A stretch of 64,000 bases of DNA from a virus (Duplodnaviria; Caudoviricetes): positions 96,001 through 160,000 of IMG/VR virus record IMGVR_UViG_3300010163_000003, one strand, 5' to 3'. Shown one piece after another: positions 19,134-29,400 of this stretch. Below the pieces are notes generated by a model. It had not been told where the DNA came from and ran no database searches. It saw only the letters and a list, made by a program, of their open reading frames with translations. Position numbers and translations under genes: made by a program. Numbering within the stretch: position 1 is the stretch's first letter; each line of letters begins with the position of its first letter.

Positions 19134-20936
19134 TTACTCAAAAGTAACACTAATTATAGTTTCTCTTATGCCAGAAGAAGTATTGCTATATTCTACAGGC
19201 ATACCAAGGTATGATAAATGAGGCATACTAGCTATATATATCATATCATTTAAAATAGAATACATGTCATTTGATGTTATTCCTCCATTAATAGTAAAAT
19301 CTGTACGCTGATCTTCACACTTAGCAATAATCTTAAGATGCGTTGTACCTTTAGGAACAGTAATATTATATCTTGCTATGTTAGGATCAAATGCAGGAGT
19401 TAAAACACCAGGAGATACTTCTAATTGGGATAACCTCAATGATACTTTGTCAACTTTTTCTTTAACAATCTTAAATCTATATTCTCTTACCATATTGTTA
19501 ATGTTGCCGCCTATGGTTGGAATTTCATTATATTCTATTCTAGAAAAACAAGATATTACAAAAGTATCTGTTTCCATGTGATCAATAAGATATTTACCGT
19601 CGGAAGCAAGACCTACAGTAGAAGAAAAAGTAGCTCTATTGTCTGCTAATGTACAGGGAATTTCAATAAACACAGCGTCTTCTGGTAACGTAGCCACATA
19701 ATCTGTAATATAAGGATTAAATTCTGGTTCAAGTTTCCCATTAAGAAGACTAAGAGTTTTTAGATATAACGATATAGGCTCTGGCTTTGGAGGCTCCACA
19801 ACCTTTGGAGGTTTATATTCAATTAAACCATATTTAGAAAATCCATTTATATAACCATCATAAAGATGAGGAATATATCCTACACCAGAAACATCGGATG
19901 CGTTTTGATCCCAGTAATGCTCATTCCAATGGAACGAATCCCAAAAGATAGGAGATTCAGAATTTAAAATACTTATGTATTTCTTAAGTCTGTTTTTTGC
20001 TTTATGTTCAGCAGTAAATAATTCATTGTATAGTTTAATGTCATCTTTATTGTGTAATTGATGCATTTCTAATCCATGTACATAGCTTACAACATGATTT
20101 CGTATGGGAATATATTTGTTTACATCACTTGCTTTAAGAAGAACAGTGCCAACGTCTGTAATGAATACACTAGAATCTTGCACTGGTTGCTTATCTATGG
20201 TAATAGAATTTAGCACTATCATTGAATCTTTTAATTCTATATCAGACATTGGATTATCCCAATGAATAAAGCGCCTTAATGACAGTTCTCTTCCGATACC
20301 ATTTATTAAACCAGGCTTGCTGGCTCCAGCAGGATTAATAAATACATCTACAATGCGTTTACCATAATCAAAATTAGATTCTTCTGGTAAACGAGGACAA
20401 GATAATAAGTTACCGATTTCATCAAAAAAATTCCATACGTGATGAGGCATTAACTTATATGTTTGTTCTTTATCATCTTTAAATACTATTCGTATTTTAC
20501 CATTATTGTTTATTGCATCTACATTAAATTTTTTTCTTACATATATTATATTACGTTTAGTGTCTACGTAATATGTTTCAAATGAATATGCGGTGGTATC
20601 AACAATACCATTTCTATTTACCCCAAAGAATTCTCTTACGGTATCTACTTTAGATAAGCCTACATTATTAGCAAATACACCTTTAATGTCTCCACTTTTA
20701 AATGGCATAGGTAATATTACTTTATAACAGAAATCTGCTTGATCCATATCCAATGTATTGACATAACATTGGCGATAAGCATAATCTATTACATAACGCA
20801 TATCATCTAATTCTAGTCCACATACGTTAAGAAATCTAGCACCTATGCTGTCTTTAGAATATTTTCGTATTTGAAACCAATATGGGAGCATATTTAATAT
20901 AGCGTTCGTATATCGTGCAAATACTAAGTCTGCCAT
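19134..20936 (-). CDS. Baseplate wedge-like protein (600 aa) with two C-terminal cadherin-like beta-sandwich domains
   Basis: Follows the baseplate J-like gene. Contains LDEIG..L...RLPEESN-type segment (FDEIGNLLSCPRLPEESN). C-terminal LKTLSLLNGKLEPEFNPYITDY and LSQLEVSPGVLTPAFDPNIARY repeats. Confidence 0.65.
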   Translation of the reverse strand: MADLVFARYTNAILNMLPYWFQIRKYSKDSIGARFLNVCGLELDDMRYVIDYAYRQCYVNTLDMDQADFCYKVILPMPFKSGDIKGVFANNVGLSKVDTVREFFGVNRNGIVDTTAYSFETYYVDTKRNIIYVRKKFNVDAINNNGKIRIVFKDDKEQTYKLMPHHVWNFFDEIGNLLSCPRLPEESNFDYGKRIVDVFINPAGASKPGLINGIGRELSLRRFIHWDNPMSDIELKDSMIVLNSITIDKQPVQDSSVFITDVGTVLLKASDVNKYIPIRNHVVSYVHGLEMHQLHNKDDIKLYNELFTAEHKAKNRLKKYISILNSESPIFWDSFHWNEHYWDQNASDVSGVGYIPHLYDGYINGFSKYGLIEYKPPKVVEPPKPEPISLYLKTLSLLNGKLEPEFNPYITDYVATLPEDAVFIEIPCTLADNRATFSSTVGLASDGKYLIDHMETDTFVISCFSRIEYNEIPTIGGNINNMVREYRFKIVKEKVDKVSLRLSQLEVSPGVLTPAFDPNIARYNITVPKGTTHLKIIAKCEDQRTDFTINGGITSNDMYSILNDMIYIASMPHLSYLGMPVEYSNTSSGIRETIISVTFE

Positions 20937-20947
20937 ATACTCACCCC

Positions 20948-21790
20948 TTATATTATAACAACGTTATCAGCTTCATTAGATGGAGCAAATATTTCAAACC
21001 ATCTACAAGATTGATTTACATACAAAGCTTTCTCTCCATTAATCTTTAATTCAATGTTGGCTTCTTGAATGATGTGATTTGATACATTCATAATTAATTG
21101 TGTAATTTTATCTACATTAAAGTCTTCTCCTATGGTAAGAGATGACAAATATTTTATTAATTCTGCTTGAACAGTATATCTAATTTCCTGTTTTTCCAAT
21201 GTAGATAATTTGTCATCAAAAAATATTTGATGTTTAATTGATATATACGTAAGAGTTGGAGTAGTTACATTATATCTAATTCCATATCCATGTATATTAG
21301 AAAGTCTAGTGTAAACCCTATTTATAACATCTTGTTCTGTAAAATCGGATGATAGTACGCTTGTATCTAATATCAATATAACAGAAAAAGAACCTGCACC
21401 CATAGCATATGGTTTTAATACAACATCGCTTACGCCATATGTAGTAAGAACAGTTAAACGAATTGACGTTGCATTAGATGTAGCAAGAGTAAGACATTGT
21501 CTTGTAATTCTATATCTATAATTATTGTCAGTTTCATCTGTTTGCCTGAAACATTGTAATAATGCTCCTATTGCATCAAGAGCATCTCCATCGGCAGTAG
21601 TTACAAATGCACGCAAATGATTTACTGTTAATGTTTGATATAAGTCTGCTATATTCTTATTAACGATATTCATAAATAATTTTGCTACACTACCTGGACT
21701 TGTATCAAACCCTATAGCTTCCAAATCTTTAGTTGACTCTTTTCGTAATTCTTCAAAAGTTTTTGTATTCAAAACAATCATATATGTCAC
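20948..21790 (-). CDS. Baseplate J-like wedge protein (280 aa)
   Basis: GSVAKLF...FVTTADGDALDAIGALLQCFRQTDETDNNYRYRI...GVSDV...GAGSFSV, matching the gpJ/gp6-type pattern. Confidence 0.75.
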   Translation of the reverse strand: MTYMIVLNTKTFEELRKESTKDLEAIGFDTSPGSVAKLFMNIVNKNIADLYQTLTVNHLRAFVTTADGDALDAIGALLQCFRQTDETDNNYRYRITRQCLTLATSNATSIRLTVLTTYGVSDVVLKPYAMGAGSFSVILILDTSVLSSDFTEQDVINRVYTRLSNIHGYGIRYNVTTPTLTYISIKHQIFFDDKLSTLEKQEIRYTVQAELIKYLSSLTIGEDFNVDKITQLIMNVSNHIIQEANIELKINGEKALYVNQSCRWFEIFAPSNEADNVVII

Positions 21791-22314
21791 CTCTGTTCGG
21801 GGGCTGGTATCGACCGTTTATAGTCGATACCAGCAAAATTCCCTGTACGTTTAGGATTCCACCCTAAACGTACATAAACACCTTTAACTAAATCAAGAGT
21901 AACATTTATCTCGTAGCAATATGGATCGTTAGTAGTAGTAGATATAGGATTAACAGTAGTATCTTCTGGGTCATATAATTTGAGATAGATATTATATTCT
22001 ATCAAAACATTATTTTTTATGGTAGCCATTATAAATACCTCATGACTAAGCCATAACTTATCATAGGTTAATACGTCTAATATTTTTTGCTTCCCATATT
22101 CTACTATGTCTTGTGTACAATGTTGCCCTATTAATTCTTCAAGATTGGCTCCAATATTATCTATAAACCAGTCATGTGTTATAGACTTAATGCGACTATA
22201 TGAAAGTTGAACTTTTAAATCATTTTGAGTTACAGTTTCTATCTCATGATTGCTTTGGTTAACTTCAATTTCCCCTTGAGGAAGAAGTTTAAAATCGAAA
22301 CCATTAGCTGCCAT
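21787..22314 (-). CDS. gp25-like baseplate wedge / sheath initiator (175 aa)
   Basis: D(F)KL...G...Q...RIKS...DW...IGANLEELIG pattern, located directly before the J-like gene. Confidence 0.65.
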   Translation of the reverse strand: MAANGFDFKLLPQGEIEVNQSNHEIETVTQNDLKVQLSYSRIKSITHDWFIDNIGANLEELIGQHCTQDIVEYGKQKILDVLTYDKLWLSHEVFIMATIKNNVLIEYNIYLKLYDPEDTTVNPISTTTNDPYCYEINVTLDLVKGVYVRLGWNPKRTGNFAGIDYKRSIPAPEQR

Positions 22315-22468
22315 GTGAGTCTTCCTCTTTTATTTTATTAACATTTACTTTTTTAACGTTCATTCTTTTTTTTAAAGCGTCTAGCTCTTCTTTTGATATT
22401 CCTATATTGGGTAAACGCTTCTTGAATTTTGAATCATTCCCCGGAGACTTAAAATCAATTTGTTTCAT
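22304..22468 (-). CDS. Small basic hypothetical protein (54 aa)
   Basis: GGAGG RBS before the ATG at 22468 (MKQIDFK). Fills the gap between its neighbours. Confidence 0.5.
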   Translation of the reverse strand: MKQIDFKSPGNDSKFKKRLPNIGISKEELDALKKRMNVKKVNVNKIKEEDSHGS

Positions 22469-22469
22469 A

Positions 22470-25412
22470 TTAAAATCCTCCATATAGAGTATTACCTTCG
22501 TACTTGTTAGAGTTACATGTGCCAATTGGATATTTTAAATATGTGCCAATTTCTTGAGAGCCATCAGGATTGTATCCGCTATCTTGATTTTCTTTCTGGT
22601 ATGTATCCCTAAACCTAGATGGGCCTTGATGTTCGGAAAAAGCTAGATCGGTTCCTGGAATTTGAATTTGCCCAACATAAATACCATTATTGATTTCAGC
22701 AGTAGGAACATTAAAATGATTCCATATACAAATACTTGCAAGAGCTGATTCTGTAAATCCTTGAGATGCAGCACTATCGGCCAATGAACGAGATGATACA
22801 TCGTCATGCGTACAATCTACTTCTTGCCAATAAGAACCTGTCATTCCGCATTCTTTTGGTGTTTTTTGTTCATAAGAAACCATGTTCCAGTCATGGTTTC
22901 CATCCCGTTCATTGCCAACATGCCCTACGACAATAAGGCAAGAGATTCCCCATCTATCACAGCAATATTTAAATGCTCTTGCGTAAGATGCACAAATTGG
23001 ATCATATTCTCCCTTAGAAAGAGCAGGATATGCGATTTGATTAAGCATAATCCCATCGACCCATGGCGGCTTAGTAGCTTCCATCGAAGTATCTCCATAA
23101 TGATTATGTGTTTCTATCCAATCATGAATGACTTTGGCAATTTGTTTCTTCTGTGTTTTTGTATATCTTCTATTATTATTATAAAATGTATCTTCAACAT
23201 AATCAATATTGTAATACTGTTTAATAATTCCACATATTTCTTTAAATGTAGAGTCCATAGTTTTAAGCATTTTATTTGCCGTACTTTCATTAAAGTATGG
23301 GACAAGGTGAAAATATATTTGTCCAGTGTCTGAGTCATAAAGATCTCCATCTGTTTCATATTTCCATTGATAAAGAAGATGTGGACAATCATATTCAACA
23401 ATTCTTTGGACACGATCGACATCATAATAATCTAAATTAAGATCTTCAACGGGGATACAGAGATATTTGCCATTCATTTCATTAAACATAGAATCGAAAC
23501 CTTGCTCAGAAGAATTGAATATGGCATTTTGAGTTATTTCACCAGAACCATCAAAAGATGTATAAATAATAGGCTTTTTGCCATTGTTTACATAAGAATT
23601 ATAAATTCTAGTATAAAGCTCTTGTAATGCCTTATTTCCAGATAACTCATCCCATCCCCATTGATCTGTAAAATCCTTAACTTCGCTAATATTATAATAT
23701 TCAGAAGTGTCAGAAGGCGTTGGAGGGTTCGGAGGTGGGTCAGGATCATCTGTGGAAGGACCAGGGTTAGGAGATTCGCCTGGGTCTTCAGGCTTAGGAG
23801 GATCATTATTATCAGACTCGTATAAATCTATATCAAATTCATAGTCTATGTCATAATTAATTATAGCATTATCCATACAGCTAGGTGTATCATGTGCGCT
23901 AAATACAAAGAATCTTACTTGTCTTATATCATCATTCTTTGTAAATGTCATTCTTTCAGCTTCAGACTTGCCAGGAACATAATGATTAACATCATTTAAA
24001 TCAGCTCTTTGTAATGTAACATTTCCAAATACAAGAGGACCATGTGGACCATCAGTAACCATTGCAGTTGTCCCAAGGTTAGTAAGGTTAACCCTTCTTT
24101 CTTCAGTGTTACCTAAGTCCCATATTGTATAAGTTTTACCATCTGTTTTCTTTGCAAATATTGCAAGTGCATCAGTCTTTTTACTGTTACCATGCCCATC
24201 AAATTTTAAATGGAACTTAACAGCAGATATATAAGCACCAAATACAACTGATGTGGTAATCCATCCACTATCATACCATGAGCCATAACCCTTATTTACA
24301 CTCATAGTTCCGTTGCCACTCATATTACCATCGCTACCCATTACTTTTATAACGCCAGCAGCAGTCTTTGGTTCAACAGATGGAGCATTATGTGTTACTA
24401 CAACCGGATATATGCCTACTTCATTAAAAGTGAATTGATGCTTATAATAAATAGCTCTTTTTTCAATATCTTCCTTAACATCTTTATATCCAGAACAATC
24501 ATATGTCCTTTCAAGGTTTGGATAACTTGGATCTTGTCCTTCAACTTTCATTATGACAGTTTCAATCCCAGTTTTTTTATCTAATTTTCCATCATTAGCA
24601 TATTCAAAAGAAAGCGTGATATCATCTAAATTCATTAATTGCCAAAGAGCATATACTACCCCGTCAGGAATTAAATGAGTAACTGTTTTATTAGTAATAG
24701 CTGAAGTAGAATCTGGAGCTTCTCCCCAACCCATAAAACGGTATGTAGCTTTGGATGGAACGATAGACGTATTAAGAATAAAGTTATGTTCTTCATCTGA
24801 AGTAGGTCCGTATGTATCTACAGGAGGCTCTCCAGTTCCACCATTAGGATTATAGGTTAATGTATACATATAAAGTTTACGCCATACAGCATATAAATAA
24901 GCAATATGCTCTGGAGTATCTAGATCTCTTTCAAATTCAAAATTGGACACTAACATATTTGGAAGATAATGAGGCTCTTCGGCCTTCCAATTAGAGGACC
25001 ATCCAAGAAATTCTTCATTAGGAACTTCAGGATGCATATTGGAACCTTCTAAAAAATCAGGTACAGTAAATGATTCTCCAATGTTTACATATTGTCGTTT
25101 TGCTTCGCATCCTTGACGGTTCCATACGTAACCAATAACATAATCCTTTAAAAATGCTTTAACTCCATTTTTATAATATCCTCCAGGTAACTCTTTCTGT
25201 TTTTCATTTACAGAAAGAGTTATATTTCCATCTTGCTCTGGAACTTCTCCAAGACAAGTTATAGCTCTTATTTTTTCTGCCATTTCTGATGACTTCATTG
25301 GTGATTCAATAGGTTCAGGAGAACCATTAATTTTGTATTTTTCATTAATAGCCTCACGAGCATTGTCTATATCTTTAATGACTTGACTTAACTCATTTGA
25401 TAATATTGCCAT
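22470..25412 (-). CDS. Multidomain tail-associated protein (980 aa): InlB/Listeria-Bacteroides repeats, Pro-rich linker, transglutaminase-like domain
   Basis: YTLTYNPNGGTG...YRFMGW...VYALW repeats. Cys-His-Asp triad in ICASYARAF / NHDWNMV / WQEVDCT. Confidence 0.7.
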   Translation of the reverse strand: MAILSNELSQVIKDIDNAREAINEKYKINGSPEPIESPMKSSEMAEKIRAITCLGEVPEQDGNITLSVNEKQKELPGGYYKNGVKAFLKDYVIGYVWNRQGCEAKRQYVNIGESFTVPDFLEGSNMHPEVPNEEFLGWSSNWKAEEPHYLPNMLVSNFEFERDLDTPEHIAYLYAVWRKLYMYTLTYNPNGGTGEPPVDTYGPTSDEEHNFILNTSIVPSKATYRFMGWGEAPDSTSAITNKTVTHLIPDGVVYALWQLMNLDDITLSFEYANDGKLDKKTGIETVIMKVEGQDPSYPNLERTYDCSGYKDVKEDIEKRAIYYKHQFTFNEVGIYPVVVTHNAPSVEPKTAAGVIKVMGSDGNMSGNGTMSVNKGYGSWYDSGWITTSVVFGAYISAVKFHLKFDGHGNSKKTDALAIFAKKTDGKTYTIWDLGNTEERRVNLTNLGTTAMVTDGPHGPLVFGNVTLQRADLNDVNHYVPGKSEAERMTFTKNDDIRQVRFFVFSAHDTPSCMDNAIINYDIDYEFDIDLYESDNNDPPKPEDPGESPNPGPSTDDPDPPPNPPTPSDTSEYYNISEVKDFTDQWGWDELSGNKALQELYTRIYNSYVNNGKKPIIYTSFDGSGEITQNAIFNSSEQGFDSMFNEMNGKYLCIPVEDLNLDYYDVDRVQRIVEYDCPHLLYQWKYETDGDLYDSDTGQIYFHLVPYFNESTANKMLKTMDSTFKEICGIIKQYYNIDYVEDTFYNNNRRYTKTQKKQIAKVIHDWIETHNHYGDTSMEATKPPWVDGIMLNQIAYPALSKGEYDPICASYARAFKYCCDRWGISCLIVVGHVGNERDGNHDWNMVSYEQKTPKECGMTGSYWQEVDCTHDDVSSRSLADSAASQGFTESALASICIWNHFNVPTAEINNGIYVGQIQIPGTDLAFSEHQGPSRFRDTYQKENQDSGYNPDGSQEIGTYLKYPIGTCNSNKYEGNTLYGGF

Positions 25413-26443
25413 TAATCAAGCCCCCATTTCTTTCTACCAAGAGCAAGCTCTTTACAGAAGTAATTATAATAGTCCATAACTTGGTTATATACTGCTTTAA
25501 CTTTATCAAGAGTATCATATTCATAAAAGCGATATTGACTTTTAAGAGTTTCATACTGTTGAATTTGTTCATCTATGTCGCTAAATACTTGTGTATCTCC
25601 AGTAATAATTTTTGTATTGGCAACACACTTTTTGAATTCTTGTATGTCTCCATCTATACGCATAAATAGTTTTTCAATGTCTTTCATAAGATCATCAATA
25701 AGCTTTTTGTTTTCTTCAGGTTCTGGTTCGTATGGACAGTTCTTGCACTTATTTAATATCTCAATTAAATTATACTCTCCATTGATACCAATTTCAAACC
25801 CATAAAAATATATCTTATGGTTTTTCTTAGAAATTCTAATGCCTATATTGTTTTCAACAAAGATATCTATATCTCCATTACTTCTCATTTTTAAAGTAGA
25901 TTTAGTATCCAAATTTGTTATACCTACTTCATCTTGTTTGTATTTATCTAAATCCATTATTAAATCATGAGAAACGGCGTTAGCATCTAATGAAGAATAT
26001 ACGCCAATATAGTTGTCATATTTATCTTTATCGATATTGTCTTTATCGATCCAATCCTCTACCATAGGAACAATGGTAGAGGATTGGATTTCGCGAATGT
26101 CTTCGTCTATAAGATAAGCCCCTTGTCTTGTGTTAGTTTTATCGTTATATGTACTATCAGTAATGCCAGTTATGACCGGAGCAAGTATGTTTCCATTGAT
26201 AAATGTTATAGAACATGTTTGACCTACTTGTAATCCTCCAGTTGTCATAGCTCCTAAACTATTTGCAATTGGAGTAGCTTCTTTAATAAGATATCCTTCG
26301 CCAGTTGGATTAGAATACCTTATTTTTGCAAGATTATATATTTTATCATATTCAAGAATTGTGGCTGCTGAGGTATGTATTTCAAGTCTATTATTGGTAT
26401 TTATCTGATTCTGAATAGCATTCTTAATAATACCCATATACAC
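25412..26443 (-). CDS. Putative baseplate spike / gp5-gpV-like protein (343 aa)
   Basis: N-terminal OB-fold-like segment (ATILEYD...GLQVGQTCSITFING..APVI), beta-repeat middle (STLKMRSNGDIDIF) and coiled-coil tail. Lies just after the hub gene. Confidence 0.5.
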   Translation of the reverse strand: MYMGIIKNAIQNQINTNNRLEIHTSAATILEYDKIYNLAKIRYSNPTGEGYLIKEATPIANSLGAMTTGGLQVGQTCSITFINGNILAPVITGITDSTYNDKTNTRQGAYLIDEDIREIQSSTIVPMVEDWIDKDNIDKDKYDNYIGVYSSLDANAVSHDLIMDLDKYKQDEVGITNLDTKSTLKMRSNGDIDIFVENNIGIRISKKNHKIYFYGFEIGINGEYNLIEILNKCKNCPYEPEPEENKKLIDDLMKDIEKLFMRIDGDIQEFKKCVANTKIITGDTQVFSDIDEQIQQYETLKSQYRFYEYDTLDKVKAVYNQVMDYYNYFCKELALGRKKWGLD

Positions 26444-26449
26444 ACCTTC

Positions 26450-29400
26450 TTATTTTTTAGTATCCCATGAATCTTGCATAGTAGGATCGCCTGATAACGA
26501 AGCTCCGCCCATTCCAGGAGCCATGCTGTAATCATCGGATAGAGAATAACTAGGGTCTTTTGCTCTTATGTTACTATTGCTATTTGTTACAAATTCAGAC
26601 TTATGCATGCCTTGTTCTATATTAGTCGCCCCAATAGCATCTCCTTGGTCATTCTCATCAGTTAAAAGATAATCTCCCATAAGAAGAATTTTTTCTCCAG
26701 AATGTACACCGCTAACAAAAGCCGAATTTTCCCACCACATTGGGAGTAAGACAATAACGTTACGATTATCGAGCCATTCAAATACACTTGTAATAAGTTT
26801 ATCAATAATAATAGATACAGCAAACCATACAACAGCACCTATACCAGTAGGGGCAACTATAGCACCTATGCCAGCTCTTAGCTTTTCTAAAGCAAATTTA
26901 ACAGAGACAACTTTACTTTTTGTAAAAAGAGATGCAAGATGATAAGCGCGTCTTGTTCTTTTTATGGTTTTAACAACGGAGCTATATAACCCCTTAGCTG
27001 CTATTTTTAAAGCTGCGAAATCTTTTATTTTTAAAGTATTTCTCATTAATGAAGTAGCCTCATATATTTGGCTAACAGTCCATACTCCAGTAAAAATATG
27101 AGTAGCAGTAGTAACATTTTCATGCCATTGATTTGTTGCCTCTACAGACATTATACCATGTTTATATTTTTCCATCATAGTATCAGATAATGCGTCTATA
27201 GAATAATATTGAGTATGAGTCTTAACAAGTTGTCTCCTTGCATTTGTAATGGCAGAAAATACATTCAATGTCCCAAGTAAGTTTTGACAATGCACTATGA
27301 GTCCAGAATTTTGATGAGTATCAAAAGCTATCATCCCTGGAGTAACAGATGTAGTAAATCCAGTCATAGAACTAAAACTATGAATTACTTCTCTTGCAAA
27401 AGATAAACCATAAACATATGAAAAAGTATCATTAATCATCATATAGTCATTAGGCTTAATTCCAGGCCAACCATAAAGGATTAGCTGTCCTTGATATTGT
27501 TGATTCCAACCATATATTAATGTACTAATGCCTATACGAGTTGCTGATTCTTTACCTATTTTATACCCTAAAAATTCCCATAAAGCATCAGGGCCTAGTG
27601 CATCTTGTACTATGGGGCTATCTAATATAGTAGTTTTTTGATATGCAAAATCAATAGTGTCATCACTATGAAGAACAGCAGTAGAAACAGGTTTATTCCC
27701 ACGAACATACATTACCTTAACGTTAGTAGAACTAAACTTAGATGTAACACGAATTTGATTATCTATAATAGAAGTTAAAGAATCAAGGTAATGAACCTGT
27801 GCAGCCGTTTTACATTCTTCATACAAGACTTCTCCAAAATTTTTATAAGTTACTTTTTGTGTAGTTTTTTTTGTATTTTGTTTATTTACTACGACATCGT
27901 CATAAATAATTTCCCAGTCTAATACAGTTGCTTTTTGACAACAATTAACATGACTAGAAGGTACATGTACAAAAAAATCAGCATAATCATAATTTTCAAG
28001 AGAACCAATACTACCTGTGCCACCAATGACATCATCTGGGACGCAAAGAACATTTAAACCAGAACCTAGATTTCCACTAAAAACTTCACATGGAACGCTT
28101 CTACCACTTGAATCGTGAAGCGTAATAATAACTTTATCAGGGTCACTTCTAGAGCCATTATTATGCCCTGGCAATTGGATTCTAAAAATAACTTTTTTCA
28201 TTCCTTTTATCCATTGCCCATTTTCATATTTACCTTGTTTAACTGCTCTAAATTCTGACGCTCCGTTTTCAAATTTAGCACCATTAGAAAGGCTATCTCC
28301 CTTAACCGTAGTTTCTTGTGAAGACCCACCTGAATTTACCATTCCTTCTGATGTGCCAGGAATACCACCAAAATAATCATACCTAAACTTTTCCATAAAG
28401 CATGGAAGCCCATAATATACACGAGAATCAAATTGATGGTATGAAGATTTAAATATGTATTCTGGAGTATTTTGAGTAGCAACCTGAAATACGTCCCATG
28501 GAGTCATATTATATTTATTAAATGCTACATTTTGTTCTCCATCAAAAATAGGCATATAGTCACGACATACATATGATATTCCGTCATAATTTCCCACATA
28601 TACATTTTTTAATATATCATAAAATTCTTGTCTATCATTCCATATATCTTCTAAGTTTACACCGCCACTACCAGTTACTATATCGCCAATAGTGCCAACA
28701 GCTCCGCCAGCAATAGTTCCTATGGCAGCTCCACTAACAGCTCCGGTAGCTACACCAATAGGATTACCTGTAACGACTCCTCCAAGTGCGCCAACTGAAC
28801 CACCTACTATTCCTGTCATTGCTGCCGCAAAACTAGCTTTTTGTCCGAATAATGTTTGCCTGAAATATATTCCATAATGTTCTATACCATATTTACTACC
28901 TTCATATATATTTTTATGAAGATGAGACATCCAGCTTTGTCTTTGTGTCATTATATGTGCAATAATATTGCTAGATTCTTGTACTGCCCCTAATCCAAAT
29001 AGTCCAAGCCATCCAGTGTCTACATCGTGCTCTTTAGCACTTGTAATATGATTAATTAATTCATTGCCATCAGACATAGCTACAATAGAAACTTGCTCAC
29101 CGATAGTGATATCGCTAATATGACCATTTAATACTGGCGCTAATGACATTGGGTCTGAACCATAGCCGATTCTTAAATGTATACGCGCGCCTTCACGTAA
29201 TTTAGCATGATCATATATCATTTGATGTACTTTAATAAGTTTATCGGTAAGTTTCATGCCCAAACTTATAAACATACCAGTATATTTATAAATACCCTTA
29301 ACAACCTTGCCTAACAAATTACTATCATCAATAGCATCACTCAAACTTGTGTATGGCAAATTTCTTTGTGTTCTATCAAGATTATGATAATAATTAGTAA

